The notes under the pieces were generated by a model that did no database searches, was not told the DNA's origin, and saw only the letters and a program-made list of their open reading frames with translations. A stretch of DNA of 64,000 bases, taken from Candidatus Daviesbacteria bacterium. Lineage in GTDB: Bacteria; Patescibacteriota; Microgenomatia; Daviesbacterales; UBA10151. The DNA lies in the NCBI GenBank assembly GCA_028715175.1, contig JAQUSJ010000002.1, positions 22,285-86,284 on the forward strand. The letters run 5' to 3'. A program made the translations under genes and the position numbers. This document shows, piece by piece, positions 54,318 to 62,434 of this stretch (its first letter is position 1; every line of letters begins with the position of its first letter).

Positions 54318-54554
54318 ATGGCAGACAAATTATCACTTGAGAATTTACCCGATCTTTTAACCGTCAGAGAAGTTGCAGAAGTCTTACGCGTTTCCGCCTT
54401 AACTATCAAACGCTGGGGTAAAAGAGGAAAACTACCTGCAATAAGGATAAATAGCCGGGGTGACCGCAGGTATAAGAAAGAAGCCGTCCTCTGGTTATTG
54501 GGCATCACTCAGAAAAGTAACCCTGCTGATTCTCCTTCTTCTAGTTCATACTAA
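54318..54554 (+). CDS. BldC/excisionase-like MerR-fold DNA-binding protein
   Basis: LLTVREVAEVLRVSALTIKRW...GKLPAIR...GDRRY. Confidence 0.85.
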   Translation: MADKLSLENLPDLLTVREVAEVLRVSALTIKRWGKRGKLPAIRINSRGDRRYKKEAVLWLLGITQKSNPADSPSSSSY

Positions 54555-54629
54555 CTTCCTTTTATTTAGCACTCTACTTACAATTTTTGCTAATTGGGGA
54601 TGAATATGTTGTTGGAATAGTAAAAAGTA

Positions 54630-55136
54630 TCACTCAGTCGTGATTTGGGGGTGGACACGATAGTAAGGGTTTGGTTCAAAGGCAATTTCCCCTCTTTTAT
54701 CAACTACATAATATGCAAATCCTCTTTTATCCGATATCGACTTTGGAACTTTGTATTTCTCGTCTAGATAGCTATTCTTCAAAACTATCAAAAAACTATT
54801 TCCTGTATTAACCAGGCAAACAAACCAGCTTGCCGGAACATTAACTTGTCTGTACGGATTTAATCTAACCATCTTAAATTCCTTCGCTTCTTCAGATTCA
54901 TCATTCCTCTGCATTAGTAAAATTCCAGAGCCGTAAAGACATTGGTATGTTTGTACGCCGGGGAAATTGTTAAAATAGCCTGAAGTTTTGTTAAATTCTC
55001 CTCCATTAAACCCCTGGGAAATTACAAATATCACCTGATCATTATCCGCTAATATATAATACGGTGTTTTAACACCATTATTTACTTTCTCCATCAAGAC
55101 AGGTCGTAAGTCCTTATGTGTTTTAAGTTTGATCAT
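54630..55136 (-). CDS. Cupin glucose-6-phosphate-isomerase-like protein (metal ligands look degenerate)
   Basis: GEFNKTSG, G.G.LLMQ, VP..W...LVNTG, GFAYYVV, PNP.Y. Confidence 0.6.
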   Translation of the reverse strand: MIKLKTHKDLRPVLMEKVNNGVKTPYYILADNDQVIFVISQGFNGGEFNKTSGYFNNFPGVQTYQCLYGSGILLMQRNDESEEAKEFKMVRLNPYRQVNVPASWFVCLVNTGNSFLIVLKNSYLDEKYKVPKSISDKRGFAYYVVDKRGEIAFEPNPYYRVHPQITTE

Positions 55137-55986
55137 AAAATAATATTAACCTTAAATACTTAAATAATACCAGCTGTCTTTTAATCCTCCATGGCTGAAT
55201 GACTAATCTAAACAGCCATTCAAACCCTGATTTTCTTACCATCTTAGGTGCCCTGCGTACTCTACCGGAGAGATAATCGAATGCTCCCCCAACCCCCATG
55301 GCAACACGCACAGGAATCTTATCTAAATTTTTGGCAATCCATTTTTCCTGTTTTATATGTCCAAAAGCCACAAAAAGAATATCAGTAGGAGGTATTATGT
55401 ATTTTGTATTACGCGAAGACATATCTTTTCCTGCTTTCTCCCTTGCTACATAATACTTACTACTTACTACTTCTTGAGGGTTACCATCCTTATCAATTAT
55501 TCCTCCAGAAGAAACATAACTAACCTTAAGGTTTGGGTATTTCCGCAATAAGCGCTCTGCAGTTTCCTTTGCTACCCCACCATTGCCTCCTAAAAAGCCT
55601 GTTGTAAAGCCTTTTTCGGCTGACAGCTTACAAAGCGCTTCCATAAAATCTGTTCCAGTCACTACATCAAACTGCATCATAGGTTTTACTGGAAAAAAGA
55701 ACAGCGGCCAAAGCAGTAATCTTTCCAACCTGCTTTTTCTAAGTAACCAATCAGACAAACCAAGGCTGGAACTATCTGGAATAGCCAAATCTGCCTTATT
55801 TAGAATCCCCCTGAATTCTTTATCTTTTTGGGCTGCCAAAATAAATTCCAAATTAGGAGTCACAATGTAATGTTTACCAGTCCGACAGGCGGACTTGTTC
55901 CGGATCCACTTTTCCGCAACAACAAGAGCCTCTGTTAAATTAACCTTGTCAATTTTGACTCCTAAAATATCTATTTTCATAATCAT
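55123..55986 (-). CDS. WecB/TagA/CpsF-family glycosyltransferase
   Basis: VTPN, TGTD, FLGG, KQEKWI, GVGGAFD, EWLFRL..QPWR. Confidence 0.92.
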   Translation of the reverse strand: MIMKIDILGVKIDKVNLTEALVVAEKWIRNKSACRTGKHYIVTPNLEFILAAQKDKEFRGILNKADLAIPDSSSLGLSDWLLRKSRLERLLLWPLFFFPVKPMMQFDVVTGTDFMEALCKLSAEKGFTTGFLGGNGGVAKETAERLLRKYPNLKVSYVSSGGIIDKDGNPQEVVSSKYYVAREKAGKDMSSRNTKYIIPPTDILFVAFGHIKQEKWIAKNLDKIPVRVAMGVGGAFDYLSGRVRRAPKMVRKSGFEWLFRLVIQPWRIKRQLVLFKYLRLILFYDQT

Positions 55987-57237
55987 TCAAAGCGCTTCCA
56001 GTACTTTAAGTGTTCCCCTGGCACACCTCTCCCACGAAAATCTCTTAATATTTAAAAATCCTGCCTCAATTATTCTTCTCTTCATATCTTTGTTCATAAT
56101 TTCTACCATCCCCTTTACTATATCACTAGTAGAATACGGGTCTACAAAAATTGCACCTCCGCCATCTGACAAACCTGCAACTTCCGGCATAGATGATATA
56201 TTAGAGGTTAAAACCGGACATCCGCAGGCTTGAGCTTCCAAGATCGGCAAACCAAATCCTTCAAAAAGCGAAGGAAAGGTTAAAGCTATTGCTCCGGAGT
56301 ACAAAGCAGGTAAATCTTTCACAGGCACATACCCCAAAAACTTAACCCTGTCTTCAATCCCCAGTTGCTTTGGCAGAGCATAAATTTTTTCACTCATCCA
56401 ACCTTTTCCGCCTACAATGATAAGTTTCAGCGCAGCGAAGTCACAAGTAGTCAAAAAATGTTGAGGATTTTGTGCTGATTTTCTTAATGATTGAGGATAA
56501 CGGTCTTCCACAAAATTCTCACAAGCGAGCAAGTCTCTACCGTACGAGCGGTTTTTTGCACTGCGACGAGCTGCGAATTTTGCAAATGCTTTTATTAACC
56601 TTTCCAGATTTTTCCTTGGCTGTACTGTGCCTACAAACAAAAAGTATTTTCCGGGTTTTAACCCATAATGGCTCAAACTATTAACTAATAGATCAAATTT
56701 AACTGGCCTAAACAGATTTTGATCATACCCCTCATAAATCACTTCTATTCTCCTCTGATCTATTCCTGTCTTTTTAACAAGATTATTCTTTGTAGCCTTT
56801 GATACGGCAATTATTTTGGTGGCGGTTTTAAGTTGATATCTTTGCATGAAGCCCAAATAGATTCTTTGTTTAATCTGATGCATTGAAGACAGGTATTCGG
56901 AACCCAAATCATGTACCGTTACCACAGTTTTTAATCCGGGATATCTAATTACCGGTAAGGTATGCGCCGGCACAAACAATACATCCAGATTATCCCTGAA
57001 TGTTTGTATTGCCAATCCACCCTGAGTCCAAAGTCTTAACCAATTAATAGTTCTAAATCGGAAATTATCTGGCCAGCCTTGCAAGGGGACGCCTTGCGTG
57101 CCTAACGGACGTAAATACACAATGTATTGATTGATTCGATCAATTTTGGCTAGATTTTTTAATAGCTGATAGGAGTAATTTTCTGTTCCTGTCCGCTGAC
57201 CTGTAAATGCCCTTGACCCATCAAAACCAATAACCAT
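55987..57237 (-). CDS. GT4-family glycosyltransferase with an in-frame insert
   Basis: TVHDL, VGTVQPRKN, FPSLFEGFGLPILEA. Confidence 0.93.
   Translation of the reverse strand: MVIGFDGSRAFTGQRTGTENYSYQLLKNLAKIDRINQYIVYLRPLGTQGVPLQGWPDNFRFRTINWLRLWTQGGLAIQTFRDNLDVLFVPAHTLPVIRYPGLKTVVTVHDLGSEYLSSMHQIKQRIYLGFMQRYQLKTATKIIAVSKATKNNLVKKTGIDQRRIEVIYEGYDQNLFRPVKFDLLVNSLSHYGLKPGKYFLFVGTVQPRKNLERLIKAFAKFAARRSAKNRSYGRDLLACENFVEDRYPQSLRKSAQNPQHFLTTCDFAALKLIIVGGKGWMSEKIYALPKQLGIEDRVKFLGYVPVKDLPALYSGAIALTFPSLFEGFGLPILEAQACGCPVLTSNISSMPEVAGLSDGGGAIFVDPYSTSDIVKGMVEIMNKDMKRRIIEAGFLNIKRFSWERCARGTLKVLEAL
56431..56575. repeat. ~146-bp structured repeat, copy B (in frame in the GT4 gene)
   Basis: Matches copy A; closed by CGCAGC/GCTGCG. 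Confidence 0.88.
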
Positions 57238-57244
57238 GAGCTAA

Positions 57245-58261
57245 TTATCTTTTAGATACCGATCTTTTGTAAAGATCAAGGTTTTCCAAAGCCAATCCTG
57301 TTCCAAGAGCCACGCAAAGGAGCGGGTTTTCTGCCAGAGCTGCCGGCACACCCAAAGATTCGGTTAAAAGCTTGTCCAGATTCCGCAAGAGCGATGTTCC
57401 TCCGGACATCACGATGCCTTTGTCAATAATATCCGATGCAAGCTCCGGCGGGATTTGTTCCAATACGCCTTTTGCCGCTATAATAATCTTGTGGGTAATA
57501 TCTGAGATAGCTTCTGTCACCTCATCGGATGTAATCTCAATAGTCTTGGGTAAGCCTGAAAAAGCATCCCTGCCCCTGACCTCCATCTTTTGCGCCTCGG
57601 AAGACTTCAACTTGGTTGCAGAACCTATTTTAATCTTAACTTCTTCCGCCATCCTTTCTCCAATAATTAAATTGTGCTTTTTGCGCACATAGCTTTGAAT
57701 TGCTTCATCAATCTTGTTACCGCCAACCCGCACAGACGAATGAACTACCACTCCTCCCAGACAAACAACTGCCGCTTCTGTTGTTCCCCCGCCAATATCA
57801 ATAATCATGTTACCGGAAGGATTAGCAATAGGAATTTTGGCTCCAATGGCTGCGGCTAATGGCTCATCGATTAGAAAAGCCGTCCTTGCTCCGGCAGAAA
57901 TAGTTGCGTCCAGAATTGCCCTTTTCTCAACAGAAGTCACTCCGGCAGGCGCACACACCATAACTTCCGGCTTAAAAAGCCTGCTCGAACCGCAAACTCT
58001 ATCCAGAAAATAACGGATCATCGCTTCGGTAATCACATAATCTGCGATTACCCCGTCTTTCATGGGACGCGAAGCAACAATATTCCCCGGAGTTCTCCCC
58101 AGCATTTCTTTGGCTTCATTACCAACTGCCAAAACACGGTAGTCATCGGTTGTGACTGCAACCACAGTCGGCTCGTTTAAAACAATACCAGCCCCTGCAA
58201 GATAAACCAGAGAGTTGGCAGTGCCCAGATCTATTCCGATCCTTTTGGAAAAATTAAACAT
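57245..58261 (-). CDS. mreB: MreB paralog 2
   Basis: IGIDLGTAN, DEPLAAAIG, DIGGGTTE. Confidence 0.95.
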   Translation of the reverse strand: MFNFSKRIGIDLGTANSLVYLAGAGIVLNEPTVVAVTTDDYRVLAVGNEAKEMLGRTPGNIVASRPMKDGVIADYVITEAMIRYFLDRVCGSSRLFKPEVMVCAPAGVTSVEKRAILDATISAGARTAFLIDEPLAAAIGAKIPIANPSGNMIIDIGGGTTEAAVVCLGGVVVHSSVRVGGNKIDEAIQSYVRKKHNLIIGERMAEEVKIKIGSATKLKSSEAQKMEVRGRDAFSGLPKTIEITSDEVTEAISDITHKIIIAAKGVLEQIPPELASDIIDKGIVMSGGTSLLRNLDKLLTESLGVPAALAENPLLCVALGTGLALENLDLYKRSVSKR

Positions 58262-58339
58262 AAGCTGATAATTGATTGTGATTCTACCAGCCAAAAAACC
58301 TGATCACAAGATACACTAAATGGATCAATAGCTATCAGT

Positions 58340-59449
58340 TCACTTAAGGTTTACACCAAACAGGTTTGGTTCCGAGGCGGTCGGGGTTGGAAAAGAACTA
58401 ATAATCACCAGCCTTGATGAATCAAGCCACGGAAAAACAAAATCATCCTGGAAACTACCGGCATAAATAACAGCTTTATTTGTCCCGTCAAAATCCGCAA
58501 TTGATATTATCCCTTCTTCAATCAAGATAATATGCATTGAATTGGGCAACCAAATATGAGCTCTAGCCGCAGGTAGTGAGTATTCTTTTCCATCTTCCAA
58601 GTTATAAACCTTGAGGTCTGCTTCGGTCTTACCGGCCATAAATTTGGTTTCATCCGGAGACCAGCGCACGATAGCTGCGGAAGAGGCAATTTGACGGAAA
58701 GTTGTATTTTTAATTGCCAGTACCCTTGCCTCGTTTTTTAAACGGGTGTCTTCTTCCCAGGATTTTAAGGTAACTTGCAGCAGGGGTGTAATATCGCGGG
58801 GATCGGAATTTAATCTGTCGGATTCCAAAAGGTAATTGTTATCCCCTACTGTTGCCAAAATTTGCTTGGAGTCGGCAGACCAACGCAATGCAGCTTTCGA
58901 AAAATCTATACTTGTGCTTTGAACAATCTGATGAGGCTCGCTGGAGCGGGCAAAAGAAATAGGTTGATTGCGGGTTTGTGTCCAAACCCAAACTCCCCCC
59001 TTTTTATTAGCAACACCGACAGGTGTTGATGACGGCACGATGTAGGCAAGCTTACTTCCGTCAGGGCTCAAAGTCGGATTTTCCACCCCATTAAAAGTCA
59101 GCGGATAAATAGTGGGGATGGCAGGAAAAAGAGTTACCTTGACAGCTGTCACCAACCCTTCTTTGACGCTCACTTGCTTCTCCCAGGGAATAAATCCTTC
59201 CTTGACGATCCTGACAGAGTAATTTTTGGGAGAAAGCGAAGAAACTGTGGTATTTGTAGCGGTAGTAAGGTGACCATCTATAAAAACCGAGGCTGCATCA
59301 GGTTCCGAAGTTATAGTAATAATTCCGGTTCCAACAATCCTCTTTTCTTTTGGTGAAAAGGTATAACCTTTTGCCAAAAAAATTGCAATAGCGGCAATAA
59401 CACCAATTGCTATTAAGGTTGCAATAGAAATAACAAATTTTTTAGACAA
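58340..59449 (-). CDS. PEGA-domain / beta-propeller exported protein
   Basis: TM, ITSEPDAASVFIDG, KEGFIPW, repeated SPDG/WSAD/WSPD motifs; TTG start after SD. Confidence 0.82.
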   Translation of the reverse strand: MSKKFVISIATLIAIGVIAAIAIFLAKGYTFSPKEKRIVGTGIITITSEPDAASVFIDGHLTTATNTTVSSLSPKNYSVRIVKEGFIPWEKQVSVKEGLVTAVKVTLFPAIPTIYPLTFNGVENPTLSPDGSKLAYIVPSSTPVGVANKKGGVWVWTQTRNQPISFARSSEPHQIVQSTSIDFSKAALRWSADSKQILATVGDNNYLLESDRLNSDPRDITPLLQVTLKSWEEDTRLKNEARVLAIKNTTFRQIASSAAIVRWSPDETKFMAGKTEADLKVYNLEDGKEYSLPAARAHIWLPNSMHIILIEEGIISIADFDGTNKAVIYAGSFQDDFVFPWLDSSRLVIISSFPTPTASEPNLFGVNLK

Positions 59450-59523
59450 TCGGAGTGCGCCCCCTTTCCTAGCGCGCGAGATCGCTTGCAAAAATTGTCT
59501 AAATGACAATTTTTGACAAGGGC
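59447..59523 (-). promoter_or_regulatory. Second copy of the rpmG-type leader
   Basis: GCCCTTGTCAAAAATTGTCATTTAGACAATTTTTGCAAGCGATCTCGCGC...AAAGGGGGCGCACTCCGA-TTG. Confidence 0.75.
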
Positions 59524-59554
59524 AATCTTTGATATCTATAGTGTACTTCTTTTA

Positions 59555-60259
59555 TTAGCTATTTACCAGCCTTGCCCTCACAATTAACCTGTTAAGCAGT
59601 GTTCCCGGAGGATCACAAGTCTGCAGAGTTACAACCGGAGCATCGTACCTGTTTGTTAAAAAGGAAATATCGTCCGGACTGGCAATAGTTTTATCAAACA
59701 CCACATAATCATACCTCCTATTCTTGTAAAAGATAATTATTGTATCCCCGGGTTCAAGTTCTTTCAATAAATAAAATACGGCATTGTAGCGGATAATATT
59801 CCAGGGGGCATCTGTTGAATGGGAAAAAAGGTATAAATTCCCTGGCACTCCCGGAGGCGTTGAGCCTAATGCTTCTGCAACTCCCTGAGTCAACATCTGC
59901 ACATATTGCTCCTCATCCCCTGGATTCACATTTGGAATAATCCTGGCGTTAGCATTGATTTTTTCAATAACTACTCCGTATTCTGTTGATACCGGAATAA
60001 TGCTGTTACCCCCGGAGCTAACATTGCTGAAGTCCAAAGGCCCGCCTGCACCGCTTTCTGTTGCTTCTGTTTGTGCAAACTGCTCAAAGGAGGTAATAAC
60101 CGGCACAGTTTTCTTAACACCCAAAATCCTGGAAATCCTGTAGCCGGCTTCTACCTGTACAACAGGACCCAACATAAAAGTTAAACCCGTAAGTCCGGCA
60201 AAAAATAAAAAGTAGCCGGCAAACCGGACAAATAAAATAATTTTAAAACGTTTAGACAT
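59555..60259 (-). CDS. Sortase-family protein
   Basis: TM, NLYLFSH, TLQTC, RLIVRA (His-Cys-Arg triad). Confidence 0.9.
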   Translation of the reverse strand: MSKRFKIILFVRFAGYFLFFAGLTGLTFMLGPVVQVEAGYRISRILGVKKTVPVITSFEQFAQTEATESGAGGPLDFSNVSSGGNSIIPVSTEYGVVIEKINANARIIPNVNPGDEEQYVQMLTQGVAEALGSTPPGVPGNLYLFSHSTDAPWNIIRYNAVFYLLKELEPGDTIIIFYKNRRYDYVVFDKTIASPDDISFLTNRYDAPVVTLQTCDPPGTLLNRLIVRARLVNS

Positions 60260-60287
60260 AGTACGCTAACAAGCTATTCCCTGTATG

Positions 60288-60360
60288 CGGCCCTGGAGGG
60301 AATCGAACCCCCTACATCAGACTTAGGACGTCCGCGTTCTATCCGGTGAACTACAGGGCC
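60288..60360 (-). tRNA. tRNA-Arg (anticodon CCT)
   Basis: GGCCCTG/CAGGGCC acceptor stem; CGGAC-GT CCT AA-GTCTG; GGTTCGATTCC. Confidence 0.88.
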
Positions 60361-60425
60361 AACTTAGGTTACTTACATTTTAACACCAGGAGGGGTAAAA
60401 TACTAAGGAAGAATGCTTCGGATTT

Positions 60426-60497
60426 CGGGGTGTAGTGAATCGGTATCACGCTGCGTTCGGGTCGCAGAGACACTGGGTTCAATTCCCAGCACCCCGA
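60426..60497 (+). tRNA. tRNA-Pro (anticodon CGG)
   Basis: CGGGGTG/CACCCCG acceptor stem; CTGCG-TT CGG GT-CGCAG; GGTTCAATTCC. Confidence 0.92.
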
Positions 60498-60498
60498 C

Positions 60499-61002
60499 TT
60501 AAACTCCAAACCAAAGCTTGATTTCTTTTTTGGCTTCCTCAGGAGAAGCGGAGGCGTGAATTAGATTCCAAACCGGTCTTTCTTCCTGATTAGCTTTTAA
60601 AATATTATCTGTTCCCAAATCTCCTCTGATGGTGCCTTTTTCAGCTGTAGCCGGATCTGTAAAGCCTGTCACCTTCCGGGCAACACTTACCGCATTTTTC
60701 CCTTCTAAAACCATGGCCACAATCGGACCGGAGGTAATAAACTTTCTAAGCCAGGTTACTACTTTTCTTCCCTGATCTTCTGCGCTTTTGACTTTTTGAC
60801 CTGCAGCAATAGTTTTTTCCCCAATCAAACGAAGATAATCCGGTTCCATCGGATAGTGTTTCTCTACTATTGACAGCGGCGCCATCATATCTTTTCTTTT
60901 AACCACTTTCAGTCCTGCAGTTTGATAACGCCTAATAATTTCCTCAGTCAGCCCTCGGCTAACCCCATCAGGCTTAATAATGATTAAAGTCTGCTGTAAC
61001 AT
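60499..61002 (-). CDS. ndk: Nucleoside diphosphate kinase
   Basis: IIKPDG, SGPIVAM, GTIRGD, NLIHAS. Confidence 0.95.
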   Translation of the reverse strand: MLQQTLIIIKPDGVSRGLTEEIIRRYQTAGLKVVKRKDMMAPLSIVEKHYPMEPDYLRLIGEKTIAAGQKVKSAEDQGRKVVTWLRKFITSGPIVAMVLEGKNAVSVARKVTGFTDPATAEKGTIRGDLGTDNILKANQEERPVWNLIHASASPEEAKKEIKLWFGV

Positions 61003-61005
61003 AGA

Positions 61006-62019
61006 TCAATGTATTATAACATCCTCCACTTTCGTTGAACCATCATTAAATACTGATACAACCGCGAACCTGGGAGCTTGTGGGTTTCTTTCAATCGTGA
61101 CAGCTCCGATTGTAACCAGGGACAAATTTGTTTTAGGTTCACTGTACTCTGAAAAGAAATGAATATCTCCAGCAAAAATCTTTGTTGCTCCCGCTTCTTT
61201 TAGTTGAAAAATCAACCCGCCTGCCTGTAATTTCAAGCTTTTCTCCACCCACCCCATAACATGATCGGAAGAAGGATGATAAAGCGGTTCATGCATAAAT
61301 ACAAAAAGTCCTTTTGCTCCGATTTTCTTAGGTTTCTCCAATTCCGTCGCAATCCATGCAGTCTGTTTAGTATCGAAACCAGTGTAGTTATCGCTATTAT
61401 CCAGAAGCAAGAATTCAAAATTTTCAAGTTCAAAAGATTGATACGACGGACCAAAAACCTGACTGAAACAAGAACTTGGCAATAAAGACCTGTTCCGAGA
61501 GTCCCAAAGATCATGATCGCCCGGTATTAGAAAGTAGCGCAGAGAAGAGTTATCAAATTCTTTTTTTGCATTTTCCAACTCTGCAATTGTCCCGACTTCG
61601 GTGTAATCTCCCAAACCAATGATGAATTTTAGATCCGGATACTTATGCCTGCCTTGTTTAATAGCCTTCCCCAAATCAGCATTATCGTTGTGAGAATCTG
61701 CGACAATCAAAAATCGAAAAGCCAAATTTGAATTTAGCGGCTTAGAAGTTTCCGCAGGCACACTGGATTGATTAACTAATACTTTTTGACTTAAGTTAAG
61801 TTTAGATAGAGCTGCAGATATTTGTTTCGGCGTTCTTGATACAACAACATTATTAAAAATTGCTTGAGGATCGATCTTTAGCGGATCTAAACCGGAAAAA
61901 TGCTTATAGGCTGTGTACGTGCCGAGTAGTAAAACCGTAAACATCACCAAACTCAAAACCAGTCTGAAGAAAACAAGTATTACATTTGAGGATCTTTTTT
62001 TATAATGTCTTTTGAACAT
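61006..62019 (-). CDS. Membrane-anchored metallophosphoesterase
   Basis: ADSH, GLGD, PGDHD, MHEP, AGDIH. Confidence 0.88.
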   Translation of the reverse strand: MFKRHYKKRSSNVILVFFRLVLSLVMFTVLLLGTYTAYKHFSGLDPLKIDPQAIFNNVVVSRTPKQISAALSKLNLSQKVLVNQSSVPAETSKPLNSNLAFRFLIVADSHNDNADLGKAIKQGRHKYPDLKFIIGLGDYTEVGTIAELENAKKEFDNSSLRYFLIPGDHDLWDSRNRSLLPSSCFSQVFGPSYQSFELENFEFLLLDNSDNYTGFDTKQTAWIATELEKPKKIGAKGLFVFMHEPLYHPSSDHVMGWVEKSLKLQAGGLIFQLKEAGATKIFAGDIHFFSEYSEPKTNLSLVTIGAVTIERNPQAPRFAVVSVFNDGSTKVEDVIIH

Positions 62020-62021
62020 AA

Positions 62022-62430
62022 AATAGCTTTCAGTCTTCAGCTATCAGCTTTCAGACTTTTAATAAGACCTGAAAGCATTGCGCTGATCTGGTCAACCTCG
62101 CTAATAACTGCATTAATCGTTTTCTCGTCTGCCATCTCAAGACTTATTGCAATTTCTAGTCCGGCAATTACTTCATATGCTGATCTTTGTGCCATTCTCA
62201 AAAATCTCATAAATTCTGGGTCTGATCCGGAACCCGATCCTTCTGCGATATTCAAACAAATACTCACTGCCGCTCTTCTTATTTGGTCTACCAGACCATA
62301 TTTCTCTTCTTGCGGAAACTTAGAAGTAATTTTGTAAACAAGCGATACAAACTGAATTGATCGCTGCCACACTGTAAGTTTTCTGAATTTATGTGTATTC
62401 ATGTCTGACGACTGATGACTGATGACTATT
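62022..62430. mobile_element. Loaded heptamer-arm element: inverted heptamer arms enclosing a four-helix-bundle gene
   Basis: Left arm 62022-62056 and right arm 62403-62430 use the same units as empty copies 1-8. Confidence 0.7.
62037..62402 (-). CDS. Four helix bundle protein (23S rRNA IVS protein / Avd-like family)
   Basis: FRKLTVWQ, FPQEEKYGLVDQIRRAAVSICLNIAEG, F.RFL..A..SAYE. Confidence 0.93.
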   Translation of the reverse strand: MNTHKFRKLTVWQRSIQFVSLVYKITSKFPQEEKYGLVDQIRRAAVSICLNIAEGSGSGSDPEFMRFLRMAQRSAYEVIAGLEIAISLEMADEKTINAVISEVDQISAMLSGLIKSLKADS

Positions 62431-62434
62431 AAAC

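Noticed and set aside
57079-57104. Possible REP relic encoding GTQGVPLQ in the GT4 gene
   Set aside because: It is a single degenerate copy in the window, too weak to support as an element.
60288-60360. tRNA-Arg(CCT) as a pseudogene because of G at position 32
   Set aside because: All four arms pair and the T-loop is canonical, so one atypical base is not enough.
62037-62402. Diversity-generating retroelement suggested by the Avd-like gene
   Set aside because: No reverse transcriptase is in the window. The 54119/56431 pair differs at all base types with compensatory changes, not only at adenines as a TR/VR pair would.
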